This document shows, one piece after another, positions 1 to 8,108 of a stretch of 40,571 bases of DNA. The DNA comes from a virus: positions 1-40,571 of IMG/VR virus record IMGVR_UViG_3300045988_122265; one strand, given 5' to 3'. Made by a program: the position numbers and the translations under genes. The notes beneath the pieces are model-generated. The model was not told the origin of the DNA. It did no database searches and saw nothing but the letters and a program-made list of their open reading frames with translations. Within the stretch, counting starts at the first letter, position 1; every line of letters begins with the position of its first letter.

Positions 1-119
1 AGGGCACATGCACATGAAGAAGCTGACAAGGGCTGAATTTATCGCCCGCGCCGTGGCGGACAGAAGAAAGGACAAGCTGCGCGGGCAAAAAGAAGCGTAT
101 TGGGTGCGGTCAGCACACA
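1..119. repeat. Direct terminal repeat, copy 1 (identical to 40453-40571)
   Basis: By-eye comparison: agggcacatgcacatgaagaagctgacaagg...gtgcggtcagcacaca occurs at both ends. Confidence 0.95.
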
Positions 120-148
120 TAGACGCAGAAAGGCGTAAGAAAAGATGA
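8..148 (+). CDS. Small basic protein (about 44-46 aa, MHMKKLTRAEFIARAVADRRKDKLRGQKEAYWVRSAHIDAERRKKR); a second truncated copy begins at 40460
   Basis: Hand translation; below the ORF-track size cutoff. GAGAGGG lies upstream (seen at 40450-40456). The stop overlaps the next ATG (ATGA at 145-148). Confidence 0.35.
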   Translation: MHMKKLTRAEFIARAVADRRKDKLRGQKEAYWVRSAHIDAERRKKR

Positions 149-282
149 ACGTATGGTATATCGCATTATGGGTGTACATGGTAGCTGGCGAGGCTATACT
201 GCTGGCGATTGCTTTTGACATCTGCCGCAAGCAAGTTAAAAAAGCCCCGCAATCGGGCAAAAACAGCCGCCGCAGGGCGTGA
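145..282 (+). CDS. Small hydrophobic (single-TM) protein, 45 aa (MNVWYIALWVYMVAGEAILLAIAFDICRKQVKKAPQSGKNSRRRA)
   Basis: Hand translation. ATGA coupling to the preceding small ORF. Hydrophobic N-terminus followed by a basic tail. Confidence 0.35.
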   Translation: MNVWYIALWVYMVAGEAILLAIAFDICRKQVKKAPQSGKNSRRRA

Positions 283-304
283 AAATCAAGTTAAGGAGGA
301 TAAC

Positions 305-838
305 ATGGAAGCAAAGAAAAGGCCCACCGAGGGAGTTAACATCAGCGAGCCAGATAAAGCCGCAGCCGAAGCTGCTACACAAAGTATATCACGCCGACTG
401 CCCTACGGTCAAGCAGTACCTTTTGTAGCGTATGAAAAAGTCGCGGGCGGGGCTAAAGGATTGGTGAGACTCGGGCAGGAGGTTTGCCCGAAGTTTGACA
501 AAAGCAATTACAGCAAGGCCAAGAAGCCTGATGAAACAGGCGTGACGCTGTATAGACCCATCATCAAGGCATGGCAAGCAGCGCACCCCGAAATAACCGC
601 CAAACAGCCCCGCAGACACGAGGCGGCGGACAGGCCGCATAAAATCACGCTGAGGGTATCAAACGAGCTGTACACGCAGTTGCAACAAGCCCAGAAGGGG
701 CGCACGATGCAAAACACCATCATGCAAATGATTATGGACTGCGTGATGAACCCCGGTAAAACGCGGACGGAGCTGTGGGCGGAGAATGCAGTCTTAAAAG
801 CACAGATAATCAAGCTAAAGGAGGAAGCGGAGAAATGA
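305..838 (+). CDS. Hypothetical early protein with an RHH-like segment (HKITLRVSNELYTQLQQAQKG..MQNTIMQMI)
   Basis: ATG at 305 is preceded by AAGGAGGA. It lies in frame within track ORF 209..838. Confidence 0.65.
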   Translation: MEAKKRPTEGVNISEPDKAAAEAATQSISRRLPYGQAVPFVAYEKVAGGAKGLVRLGQEVCPKFDKSNYSKAKKPDETGVTLYRPIIKAWQAAHPEITAKQPRRHEAADRPHKITLRVSNELYTQLQQAQKGRTMQNTIMQMIMDCVMNPGKTRTELWAENAVLKAQIIKLKEEAEK

Positions 839-1311
839 CATTGTATGAAATCGATAAGGAGATACAAGCCCTTATCACCGAGGACGGCGAAATCGAGGAC
901 GCTGAACGCTTTGACGCGCTGGCAATGGAGCGGGACAGGAAAATCGAGAATGTCGGCTGCTGGGTAAAGAACCTTGACGCGGAAGCCGCCGCAATCCGCG
1001 AAGAAGAAAAGGCACTTGCCGAAAGGCGGCGCAAGCTTGAAAGTAAGTCGGCGAAGCTGGTGGCATATCTTGACCACGCGCTTGACGGCGCGAAGTTTGA
1101 AAGCCCCCGCGTGGCTATCAGCTATCGCAAATCCAAGGCCGTGGAGATACCGGATGAGGCGGTATTTAAGGCATGGGCAAAGGATTATGCGCCCGCCCTG
1201 CTTAAAGTGGCCTACACCATAGATAAGACGGGCGTGAAAAATTACATAGCGGGCGGCGCGGAATGCCCGTGCGCAGAAATTGCGGAAAGAAAGAGTATGC
1301 AGGTGAAGTGA
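835..1311 (+). CDS. Siphovirus Gp157-like protein (recombination-module accessory)
   Basis: MTLYEIDKEIQALI... N-terminus and acidic coiled-coil are typical of the Gp157 family. AAGGAGGAAG RBS. Located directly upstream of the annealase. Confidence 0.55.
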   Translation: MTLYEIDKEIQALITEDGEIEDAERFDALAMERDRKIENVGCWVKNLDAEAAAIREEEKALAERRRKLESKSAKLVAYLDHALDGAKFESPRVAISYRKSKAVEIPDEAVFKAWAKDYAPALLKVAYTIDKTGVKNYIAGGAECPCAEIAERKSMQVK

Positions 1312-1393
1312 TGGAATGGTGGCTGATGCAGGAGGGCGAATGCCCCGAGTACCCCGAACCAACACCCACGGAGAATTGGGAAGGAGACAGACA

Positions 1394-2020
1394 ATGAATA
1401 ATTTGGAGCTATATGAAGCCTTCCGCGCCGTCCCTGAGACAGCGCAGAAAACCATAAAGGGCGGGCGACTTAACGGCATGACGGATATAAGCCCCATGTG
1501 GCGTATAAAAACGCTAACCGAGCGTTTCGGCCCGTGCGGGATTGGCTGGAAATACACCATTGACAAGCAATGGACGGAGCGCGGAGAAAATGAAGCGGCC
1601 GCCTTCTGCAACATCACTTTTTACTTTATGTGGGAGGGTGAATGGAGCGAAGGCATACAGGCCACGGGCGGCAGCAAGTTTGTAGCCGCTGAGCAGAAAG
1701 GATTATACACGAGTGACGAGTGCTACAAGATGGCACTGACGGACGCTATATCGGTCGCTTGTAAGATGCTGGGCATGGGCGCCGATGTGTACTGGTACAA
1801 GGACAGGACAAAATACACCGCGCCTACTCCCGAAGCCAAGCCTGACCCTGAGCGGGCGCACTACCTAAAGGCCATAGCCGCAAGCGGCCTTAACGCAAGG
1901 CTTATAGATGCAGCATGCAATAAGCGATTCGGCAAGGTGCTAAAAGACCTTACCAACGAGCAGCTTGCGGAAGTCGCCGTGCTGATGGCGCAGAAGGGAG
2001 CGGACAATGCGGGCGCGTAA
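1394..2020 (+). CDS. Rad52/Sak-like single-strand annealing protein
   Basis: Motifs KGGRLNGMTDISPMWRIKTLTERFGPCGIGW and YKMALTDAISVACKMLGMGADVYW resemble the Rad52-family core. GGAG RBS precedes the ATG at 1394. Confidence 0.6.
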   Translation: MNNLELYEAFRAVPETAQKTIKGGRLNGMTDISPMWRIKTLTERFGPCGIGWKYTIDKQWTERGENEAAAFCNITFYFMWEGEWSEGIQATGGSKFVAAEQKGLYTSDECYKMALTDAISVACKMLGMGADVYWYKDRTKYTAPTPEAKPDPERAHYLKAIAASGLNARLIDAACNKRFGKVLKDLTNEQLAEVAVLMAQKGADNAGA

Positions 2021-2531
2021 TTGCAAGATATCACGTGATTTTACCACGGGGAAGTGGTCGGTGTCGTTCGACATCGACCGCCCCGAAGATATACCACAAG
2101 GCGAACTTGACTTGACCATAAAGCCCTATAAGCCCAAGCGTAGCCTATCGGCAAACGCCTATATGTGGGTGCTGGTGGGCAAACTGGCGGACGCGACAGG
2201 GATTAGCAGCACCGATATATACCGCAACACGGTCAAGCAGTTGGGCGTATCTCAGCTAATCGTAATCAATGCCGCCGCCGTCCCCGCGTTCAAGCGGGTG
2301 TGGGAGCAGTACGGTCTTGGGTGGTTTGTGGACGATGTGGACGAGGATACGGGCGGCAGCGTGATACTCCGCGCGTACTACGGCAGCAGCACATACAACC
2401 GCAAGCAGATGGCGGCCTTGATAGACCTTGTGGTGCAGGATTGCAAGCAACTGGGCATAGACACTCTAACTCCTGCCGAATTGGCGGGGCTGGTGGACAG
2501 ATGGGAGGGTGACAATGGCAAGAAGGTATAA
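2007..2531 (+). CDS. NinB/Orf-like recombination mediator domain protein
   Basis: KPKRSLSANAYMWVLVGKLAD and GSSTYNRKQMAALIDLVVQDCKQLGI parallel lambda NinB (RSLDQNRKLWA.., GQSTSRM..). Confidence 0.55.
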   Translation: MRARNCKISRDFTTGKWSVSFDIDRPEDIPQGELDLTIKPYKPKRSLSANAYMWVLVGKLADATGISSTDIYRNTVKQLGVSQLIVINAAAVPAFKRVWEQYGLGWFVDDVDEDTGGSVILRAYYGSSTYNRKQMAALIDLVVQDCKQLGIDTLTPAELAGLVDRWEGDNGKKV

Positions 2532-2811
2532 GGACGCGCCGAGCATCCTGCAAGATGAAAAGGAGTGTTTTCTGAGCGGGACATTAGAAGGGCTTGAACG
2601 CCACCATATCTACGGCGGAGCCAACCGCCGCAACAGCGCGAAATACGGCCTATGGGTATGGTTACGGCATGACCTACACAATGAGCCGCCTGACGGGGTG
2701 CATTTTAACATCGACAACAACCGCTTGTTACAGCGGATAGGGCAAAGAGCGTTCGCGCTTAGATACCCCGACGAGGATTTTGTAGAGATATTTGGGAGGA
2801 ATTACCTGTGA
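2515..2811 (+). CDS. Ref-like (RecA-dependent) / HNH-like nuclease domain protein
   Basis: C..G...LERHHIYGGANRRNS.KYGLWVWL.HDLHN...GVH pattern. GGGAGGG RBS. Overlaps the NinB-like ORF in another frame. Confidence 0.45.
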   Translation: MARRYKDAPSILQDEKECFLSGTLEGLERHHIYGGANRRNSAKYGLWVWLRHDLHNEPPDGVHFNIDNNRLLQRIGQRAFALRYPDEDFVEIFGRNYL

Positions 2812-3188
2812 ATTATGTAAGCATGATAGGACGATTGACCAAGACCCCCGACATAAGACAGACCAACACCGGCAAAAACGTATGCACGTTTACGCTGGCA
2901 GTAGACCGCCGCTACAAAGGCGCAGACGGCAAGACAACAGCAGACTTCTTCACCGTACAGGCATGGGAAAAGCTGGCTGAGCTGTGCGCACGCTATCTGG
3001 ACAAGGGCAGCAAGGTATTTATATCGGGCGAGTTGCGCAACCGGAGCTACGAGGCAAAGGACGGCAGCAAGCGGACTGTTACCGAGATAATCGCAAACGA
3101 GGTGGAGTTCCTTTCACCCAAGACCGAACCCGCAACGCCACCCGTGGAGGAATGGCAGCAGGTCGAGGACAGCGATTTGCCGTTTTAA
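2808..3188 (+). CDS. ssb: Single-stranded DNA-binding protein
   Basis: OB-fold signature MNYVSMIGRLTKTPDIRQT..GKNVCTFTLAV...FFTVQAWEKLAE. Acidic C-terminal tip DSDLPF. GTG start after GGGAGGA. Confidence 0.9.
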   Translation: MNYVSMIGRLTKTPDIRQTNTGKNVCTFTLAVDRRYKGADGKTTADFFTVQAWEKLAELCARYLDKGSKVFISGELRNRSYEAKDGSKRTVTEIIANEVEFLSPKTEPATPPVEEWQQVEDSDLPF

Positions 3189-3197
3189 GGAGGGCAT

Positions 3198-3986
3198 ATG
3201 GCACGGCGCAGAATGATAGACCCTGCCATGTGGCAGAGCGAAGATTTCTCCCGTTGCTCCTTCCTCGCACGCCTAATTTTCGTCGGGCTAATATCACAGG
3301 CAGACGACGAGGGACGAGGCAAAGCATCACCAGCATACATCAAGTCGACTTTGTTCCCTTATGAAGATGGAATACGGCTCATCGACATAGAGAAAGCCCT
3401 ATCGGAGATAGGTCAGCACTTGTCCGTGACGTACTACTCCACGATTGACGGAAAGCAGTATTACAGCCTTGATAGCTGGATGGATTGGCAAACATTGGAT
3501 AAACCCAAGCCCTCAAAATTCCCCGCGCCGCCTGAAAAAATTGAAGTCGCCGACGAATCGCCGACGAATCCCAGACAAGTCGCCGACGAATCGCCGACGA
3601 ATCCCAGACAAGTCCCGCCGGAGGGTGCGCTAAGAGGAATAGGAAGTAGAAATAGAAATAATATACCCCCTATATCTCCTAACGGAGATATTGCCCCCCT
3701 TGAGGATGGCAGCCCTCGCAAGCATAAATACGGCGAATATAAAAACGTGTTGCTTACGGATGACGAGCTTGAAAAGCTAAAGGCAGAGTATGCAGACTAT
3801 CTTGACCGCATAGAACGGCTATCATCCTATATCGCAAGCACGGGCAAAGCATACAAGTCGCATTATGCGACCATCAAAAATTGGGCGCGAGCAGATGCGG
3901 AGAAAGGACGGAGCAATGGAGCAAAACAAGGAAGCAGCCCGCAGCGAAATGCGGAAGAAACTCCTCGATACGGAACTTGGCTGTAA
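3198..3986 (+). CDS. Phage replisome organizer / DnaD-like replication initiation protein
   Basis: N-terminus MARRRMIDPAMWQSEDF...LARLIFVGLISQADDEGRG is typical of the replisome-organizer N-domain. C-terminus (YKNVLLTDDELEKLK..) is DnaD-like. Followed by the loader ATPase. Confidence 0.75.
   Translation: MARRRMIDPAMWQSEDFSRCSFLARLIFVGLISQADDEGRGKASPAYIKSTLFPYEDGIRLIDIEKALSEIGQHLSVTYYSTIDGKQYYSLDSWMDWQTLDKPKPSKFPAPPEKIEVADESPTNPRQVADESPTNPRQVPPEGALRGIGSRNRNNIPPISPNGDIAPLEDGSPRKHKYGEYKNVLLTDDELEKLKAEYADYLDRIERLSSYIASTGKAYKSHYATIKNWARADAEKGRSNGAKQGSSPQRNAEETPRYGTWL
3546..3611. repeat. Perfect 33-bp tandem duplication (2 units, each containing CGCCGACGAATC twice) inside the replisome organizer gene; candidate origin iterons
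   Basis: gtcgccgacgaatcgccgacgaatcccagacaa appears twice back to back. It encodes VADESPTNPRQ twice. Confidence 0.9.
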
Positions 3987-4800
3987 GGCACAGCACAAGC
4001 CCTTATCAGAGATGACAGCAGAAGAAAAGCTTGCGCGGGCGCAGAAAATGGCCGACAGGGTAAATGCGCAGGAGGGCAGACTTACGGGCTATGACTGTCC
4101 AGCCTGTCGCAACAAGGGTTTTGTCGAGTACGTCATAGACACTACCGAGCAGCTGGGATACCCAAGCTACACCACGGGGTCACGCGAATGCGTATGCATG
4201 GCGATTAGGCGGTCGAAGTGGCTGCTTAAAGCCTCGGGGCTGGCAGACTTGGCAGAGCGTTGCACCTTTGACAGCTACCAAGCTAAGGAGGCGTGGCAAA
4301 TGTACATCAAAGACCGCGCCGTAACATTCGCCAAATCCGGCGGCAAAGTGTTTTTTATCGGCGGGCAGAGCGGCGCAGGGAAAACGCACATATGCACGGC
4401 GTTGGCAACAAGCCTTATCAATCGCGGCAAAAGCACCCGCTATATGCTGTGGACAAGCGAGGCCGCGAAGCTTAAAGCCTGTGTTAATGACATAGACTAT
4501 GAAAACCTAATATGGCCGCTGAAATCGGTCGATGTGCTATACATAGATGACCTTTTCAAGCCCACGGGGGTTAACAGTCAGCCTACATCGGCGGATATAC
4601 GACTGGCGTATGAAATCATCAACTGCCGCTACAACGCGGGCGACAAGGTGACAATCATATCCAGCGAGCGGACGGTCAGCGAGATATGCGACATTGACGA
4701 GGCTACGGGCGGCAGAATCATGGAGCAAGCGGGCGAATATTGCCTTAACGTCAGCCGCGACAAGGCCAAAAATTGGAGGGCAAACCATGCCGACACTTGA
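3916..4800 (+). CDS. DnaC/IstB-like helicase loader ATPase
   Basis: Walker A GGQSGAGKTH and Walker B VLYIDDL. Zinc-ribbon-like CPACRNKG upstream. Start uncertain (ATG 3916 with GAAAGGA, or ATG 4012). Confidence 0.8.
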   Translation: MEQNKEAARSEMRKKLLDTELGCKAQHKPLSEMTAEEKLARAQKMADRVNAQEGRLTGYDCPACRNKGFVEYVIDTTEQLGYPSYTTGSRECVCMAIRRSKWLLKASGLADLAERCTFDSYQAKEAWQMYIKDRAVTFAKSGGKVFFIGGQSGAGKTHICTALATSLINRGKSTRYMLWTSEAAKLKACVNDIDYENLIWPLKSVDVLYIDDLFKPTGVNSQPTSADIRLAYEIINCRYNAGDKVTIISSERTVSEICDIDEATGGRIMEQAGEYCLNVSRDKAKNWRANHADT

Positions 4801-4999
4801 AATTATCCAGATAACCAATGGCGCAACGAAAGTTTTGCGCGCGGCGAAAAGCTACCCCGAGCTTTACAAGGCGTATCGGCGCATGCAAGCCGAAGGCGCA
4901 TTTGTCCGGATGCGGATAGACGGCGAGGTGTTGCCGATTTATCAGGCGGACAGCCGCGCGTCGAATGTCGACCGGTCTGCGGCATGGAGGAATTTATGA
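4787..4999 (+). CDS. Hypothetical small protein (70 aa)
   Basis: ATG preceded by TGGAGGG. Overlaps the loader stop. No recognizable motif. Confidence 0.5.
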   Translation: MPTLEIIQITNGATKVLRAAKSYPELYKAYRRMQAEGAFVRMRIDGEVLPIYQADSRASNVDRSAAWRNL

Positions 5000-5385
5000 A
5001 GCGCACATACACCCCGCCAACCGTGCCGCTTGAGGACGCGGAGCAGCGGATAATCTTTCAATGGGCGGCAATGGAGACCGCCGCCCACCCAGAACTGGGG
5101 CTGCTGTACGCCATACCCAACGGCGGCAAGCGGGCAATCAAGACCGCGATTGCGCTGAAAGCGCAGGGTGTTAAGTCAGGCGTGCCGGATATGTGCTTGC
5201 CCGTGGCGCGTAACGGGTATCACGGGCTATACATTGAGCTAAAGCGGCAAAAAGGCGGCACGGTGAGCGAGACGCAAAAAAGCTGGATAACCGCGCTTGC
5301 GGGGCAAGGCTATAAGGCCGTTGTTTGCAGGGGCGCGGAAGAAGCAATAAAAGTGATAAAGGAGTATCTAAAAAATGAAAAGTGA
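4996..5385 (+). CDS. VRR-NUC domain nuclease (PD-(D/E)xK)
   Basis: GVPDMCL ... GLYIELKRQKGG..S..Q..W matches the VRR-NUC catalytic arrangement. GGAGG lies 5 nt upstream of ATG 4996. Confidence 0.8.
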   Translation: MKRTYTPPTVPLEDAEQRIIFQWAAMETAAHPELGLLYAIPNGGKRAIKTAIALKAQGVKSGVPDMCLPVARNGYHGLYIELKRQKGGTVSETQKSWITALAGQGYKAVVCRGAEEAIKVIKEYLKNEK

Positions 5386-5770
5386 AGCAACAAAAAGGGT
5401 TATAGCGGCATGTCTTATGGCATTAGTGCTGATGGTAATGTGCGGATGCACCGAAGCGGATAAGGTCAACGCGAACATATCAAAACAGGCGGATTATTTT
5501 GAATCCGAGCGGCGTATTACGGTATATAATGCCCGCACGGACAACATAATCCTTGAGGCCGAAGGCTACATGAGCATATCCAACAACTCAACCAACGAAC
5601 TGGTAGTAACGTGCAAGATAGGCCCCAATCAATACAAAAAGAACTATGTATATCTTAATGACTACACCATATATGTCGTGGAAGACATCACGGGTACACA
5701 TACAGACCCGTACCACTACAAGCTGTATTTTCACACGGAAATTTTGCCGGACGTAGAATTTAGACCGTAA
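5375..5770 (+). CDS. Secreted beta-sandwich lipoprotein-like protein
   Basis: N-terminal signal sequence ending LMVMCGC (lipobox-like). Beta-rich remainder. Visibly more A/T-rich than its neighbours. Confidence 0.6.
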   Translation: MKSEATKRVIAACLMALVLMVMCGCTEADKVNANISKQADYFESERRITVYNARTDNIILEAEGYMSISNNSTNELVVTCKIGPNQYKKNYVYLNDYTIYVVEDITGTHTDPYHYKLYFHTEILPDVEFRP

Positions 5771-5780
5771 AGGAGTATCT

Positions 5781-6221
5781 ATGGGAGCATACATCAACAA
5801 GGATCTGAAGGAGCTTATCATCACCCTTGCTTCGGTGATTGGCTTTGGTGATGTGCTGGTCAAGACTGGGAGGCTACACCAAGAGGACGAGGACGCAGCA
5901 AAGCTGATGATGGGCGCGGCCACCACGATATCACAGCACCTCTTGCAGGGGCGGGACGCGGAGCAAGTGACGGCCTTGCAGCGACAAGCGGGATTTTATG
6001 AGATTATCGCCGTACCTAAGACCTCGGCGCGGATAGACAAGGAGTTTTATATCTGCCCGCGCGAGGACTTTGAATCACTGGTGATAGACGATTTTTCAAA
6101 TCCTTGCCCCTTCTGCGAGCTGGAGGGCAAGGAGGTGCGAAAATGCGGCCGCCGCAGGGCATTGACACGGTGCGGCGTGGTCGGAAGCACAGAGGGCGAA
6201 TGCCCGTATAAGGGAGTATAA
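5781..6221 (+). CDS. Hypothetical protein with C-terminal Cys cluster (CPFCE..C..C..C)
   Basis: AAGGAG RBS. Long ORF with no competing frame. Confidence 0.6.
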   Translation: MGAYINKDLKELIITLASVIGFGDVLVKTGRLHQEDEDAAKLMMGAATTISQHLLQGRDAEQVTALQRQAGFYEIIAVPKTSARIDKEFYICPREDFESLVIDDFSNPCPFCELEGKEVRKCGRRRALTRCGVVGSTEGECPYKGV

Positions 6222-6244
6222 AAGCCAAAGGAGGGAACGAAGGC

Positions 6245-6475
6245 ATGAATTTATATTTTTGCACGGACGATTCGCATGATTCGGGGCTGTACGTTGCAGC
6301 GGAATCACGGGGCAAGGCGAAGAGCATGTACTGCGATTATTGTGGCTCTTTGCTGGATTTTATCATGGTACACACATACATAATGCGCCGCGACTTTGAA
6401 GCTCCGGCGGGCGTGTACGATGAAAATTGTGAAGCTTTGGAAGCCGCAGGAGTGCGGTATTGTGAGGAGGATTAA
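6245..6475 (+). CDS. Hypothetical Cys-containing small protein, paralog A1
   Basis: MNLYFCTDD...LYVAAESRGKAKSMYCDYCGSLLDF is nearly identical to the product of 6745..6981. Confidence 0.7.
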   Translation: MNLYFCTDDSHDSGLYVAAESRGKAKSMYCDYCGSLLDFIMVHTYIMRRDFEAPAGVYDENCEALEAAGVRYCEED

Positions 6476-6478
6476 AGA

Positions 6479-6748
6479 ATGGAATGGATAAGCGTTAAGG
6501 AACGGCTGCCTGAAGAAAAAGAGCCAGTAATTATACTGCTGCAAGATGGACAAGTATTTAGGGGCGAAATACGTGAAAGGATTCTGCTGCCGGAGTGGTG
6601 GTACTACTATGACGCGGGTGACACGGATATGGACATGCTGGGGCATTTGTACTATGTGAAAGAGTGGGGTGGCAGCTGGTGCAAAAGCAATCCCGTCATT
6701 GCATGGATGCCAATGCCAGAGCCGCCGAAGGAGGAAAAGAAGGCATGA
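6479..6748 (+). CDS. DUF551-like protein, paralog B1
   Basis: MEWISVKERLPEE...NPVIAWMPMPEPPKE is a DUF551-type N- and C-terminal signature. Paralog of 6985..7248. Confidence 0.7.
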   Translation: MEWISVKERLPEEKEPVIILLQDGQVFRGEIRERILLPEWWYYYDAGDTDMDMLGHLYYVKEWGGSWCKSNPVIAWMPMPEPPKEEKKA

Positions 6749-6981
6749 ATTTATATTTTTGCACGGACGATTTGTGGGGTATAGAGCTATATGTTGCAGC
6801 GGAATCACGGGGCAAGGCGAAGAGCATGTACTGCGATTATTGTGGCTCTTTGCTGGATTTTATCACGGTACACACATATATAATGTGCCGCGATTTCAAA
6901 GCCCCTGCGGGCGTGTATGATGAAAACTGCGAAGCTTTGGAAACCGCAGGTGCGCGGTATTGTGACGAAACGGAGGAATGA
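6745..6981 (+). CDS. Hypothetical Cys-containing small protein, paralog A2
   Basis: ATG at 6745 has the same AAGGAGG..AAGGCATG context as 6245. ATGA overlap with the upstream stop. Confidence 0.7.
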   Translation: MNLYFCTDDLWGIELYVAAESRGKAKSMYCDYCGSLLDFITVHTYIMCRDFKAPAGVYDENCEALETAGARYCDETEE

Positions 6982-6984
6982 GAA

Positions 6985-7248
6985 ATGGATTGGATAAGCG
7001 TTAGAGAACGGCTGCCGGAGGAAAAAGAGCCCGTAATCATACTGCTACGGGACGGGCAGGTATTTAGGGGCGAAATACGCCAAAGAATTTTGCTGCCGGA
7101 GTGGTGGTACTACTATGATGCGGGTGACACGGACATGGACATGCTGGGACATATGTACTTTACTGGCGACGGAATGTGGATGCACGCTAACCCTGTAATT
7201 GCGTGGATGCCCCTGCCAGAGCCGCCGAAGGAGGGGGAGATGGGCTAA
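6985..7248 (+). CDS. DUF551-like protein, paralog B2
   Basis: MDWISVRERLPEEKEPVIILLRDGQVFRGEI... is highly similar to B1 except for the segment before NPVIAWMP. Confidence 0.7.
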   Translation: MDWISVRERLPEEKEPVIILLRDGQVFRGEIRQRILLPEWWYYYDAGDTDMDMLGHMYFTGDGMWMHANPVIAWMPLPEPPKEGEMG

Positions 7249-7454
7249 TGGAGAAACCGAACTGCCACGGGTGCAAATGGCTCGACCGCTATAAGATGGA
7301 CGGGAACGGGTATTGCTGCACGGTGGTGCGGAGTAAGACCCAAACGTCCAAAATCCGCAGGCCGGATATGGAACACTGCGAGCTGTATGAGTTTGGCGAC
7401 TGGGCGACTCGCTGGGCGCATCTGGTGACCGAGCCGCCGAAGGAGGAAAGCTAA
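7248..7454 (+). CDS. Hypothetical Cys-rich small protein (C..C.....CC)
   Basis: ATG at 7248 overlaps the upstream stop. The protein ends with the same EPPKEE junction motif. Confidence 0.55.
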   Translation: MEKPNCHGCKWLDRYKMDGNGYCCTVVRSKTQTSKIRRPDMEHCELYEFGDWATRWAHLVTEPPKEES

Positions 7455-7550
7455 TGGCAAAGTGGGAAAAATCGAGGACAAAAGTTACGTGGTCGCTGCC
7501 CTTAAATGGGGAGTGGAAATGGCTGCAAAGGCGGTAAAGGAGGAAGATCG

Positions 7551-7802
7551 ATGACAGAATTTTTGAGGGGAGATATAGTAGGCTACAAGAACGGCCCCGA
7601 TAGATATATGATTTATTTGGGCAAGGGGATATTTCGCATGGCACTCAAAGACTGCGAATACTACGAATGTCTGGCGCACGACGGCAAGAAGCGCCAGAGC
7701 TTTTGCAAAAACGACGAGCTGCGCAAAGTCGGGCATATGGCGGAGTTTGATAGCTTTATGGCGGCATTGGCAGGGCTTAAGGATTTTAAGGAGGACGCAT
7801 GA
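7551..7802 (+). CDS. Hypothetical protein
   Basis: AAGGAGGAAG RBS lies 5 nt before ATG 7551. Confidence 0.6.
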   Translation: MTEFLRGDIVGYKNGPDRYMIYLGKGIFRMALKDCEYYECLAHDGKKRQSFCKNDELRKVGHMAEFDSFMAALAGLKDFKEDA

Positions 7803-8047
7803 GCACATATATACGCGCTGTTGTTGCAGCCAAGGCGATAGCACATAAGTACGGTATACCGTTTGGCGATTTGATAGACACACTCAGCGGTATCCCCGCC
7901 GCCGATGTTGCGCCGGTGCGGCGCGGACGGTGGATCGAAGAGGATGGCATACAGATTTGCTCAGAATGTGGCGAAGAACATGAATGGGAAGATTACAGAG
8001 CGCCGTACTGCGATACCTGCGGAGCAAAGATGAACAAGGAGAACTGA
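7799..8047 (+). CDS. Hypothetical protein with C-terminal zinc ribbon (CSECG...CDTCG)
   Basis: ATGA overlap with the upstream gene. Two CxxC pairs. Confidence 0.6.
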   Translation: MSTYIRAVVAAKAIAHKYGIPFGDLIDTLSGIPAADVAPVRRGRWIEEDGIQICSECGEEHEWEDYRAPYCDTCGAKMNKEN

Positions 8048-8108
8048 CAATGTTGTACATACTTGAACACAAAAAGCTATACATCTTTTGCACCTACGGA
8101 GAAAGACT

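Larger units (their letters stand above)
6245..7244. repeat. Tandem duplication of a 500-bp two-gene cassette (units about 6245-6744 and 6745-7244)
   Basis: The junction string GAGCCGCCGAAGGAGG recurs at 6719 and 7219, exactly 500 bp apart. The encoded proteins are pairwise paralogous. Confidence 0.85.

Noticed and set aside
3546-3611. 33-bp repeat as a CRISPR repeat pair
   Set aside because: It is a direct tandem repeat with no spacer, lies inside a coding sequence and has no repeat-like hairpin. It is better explained as an iteron or linker duplication.
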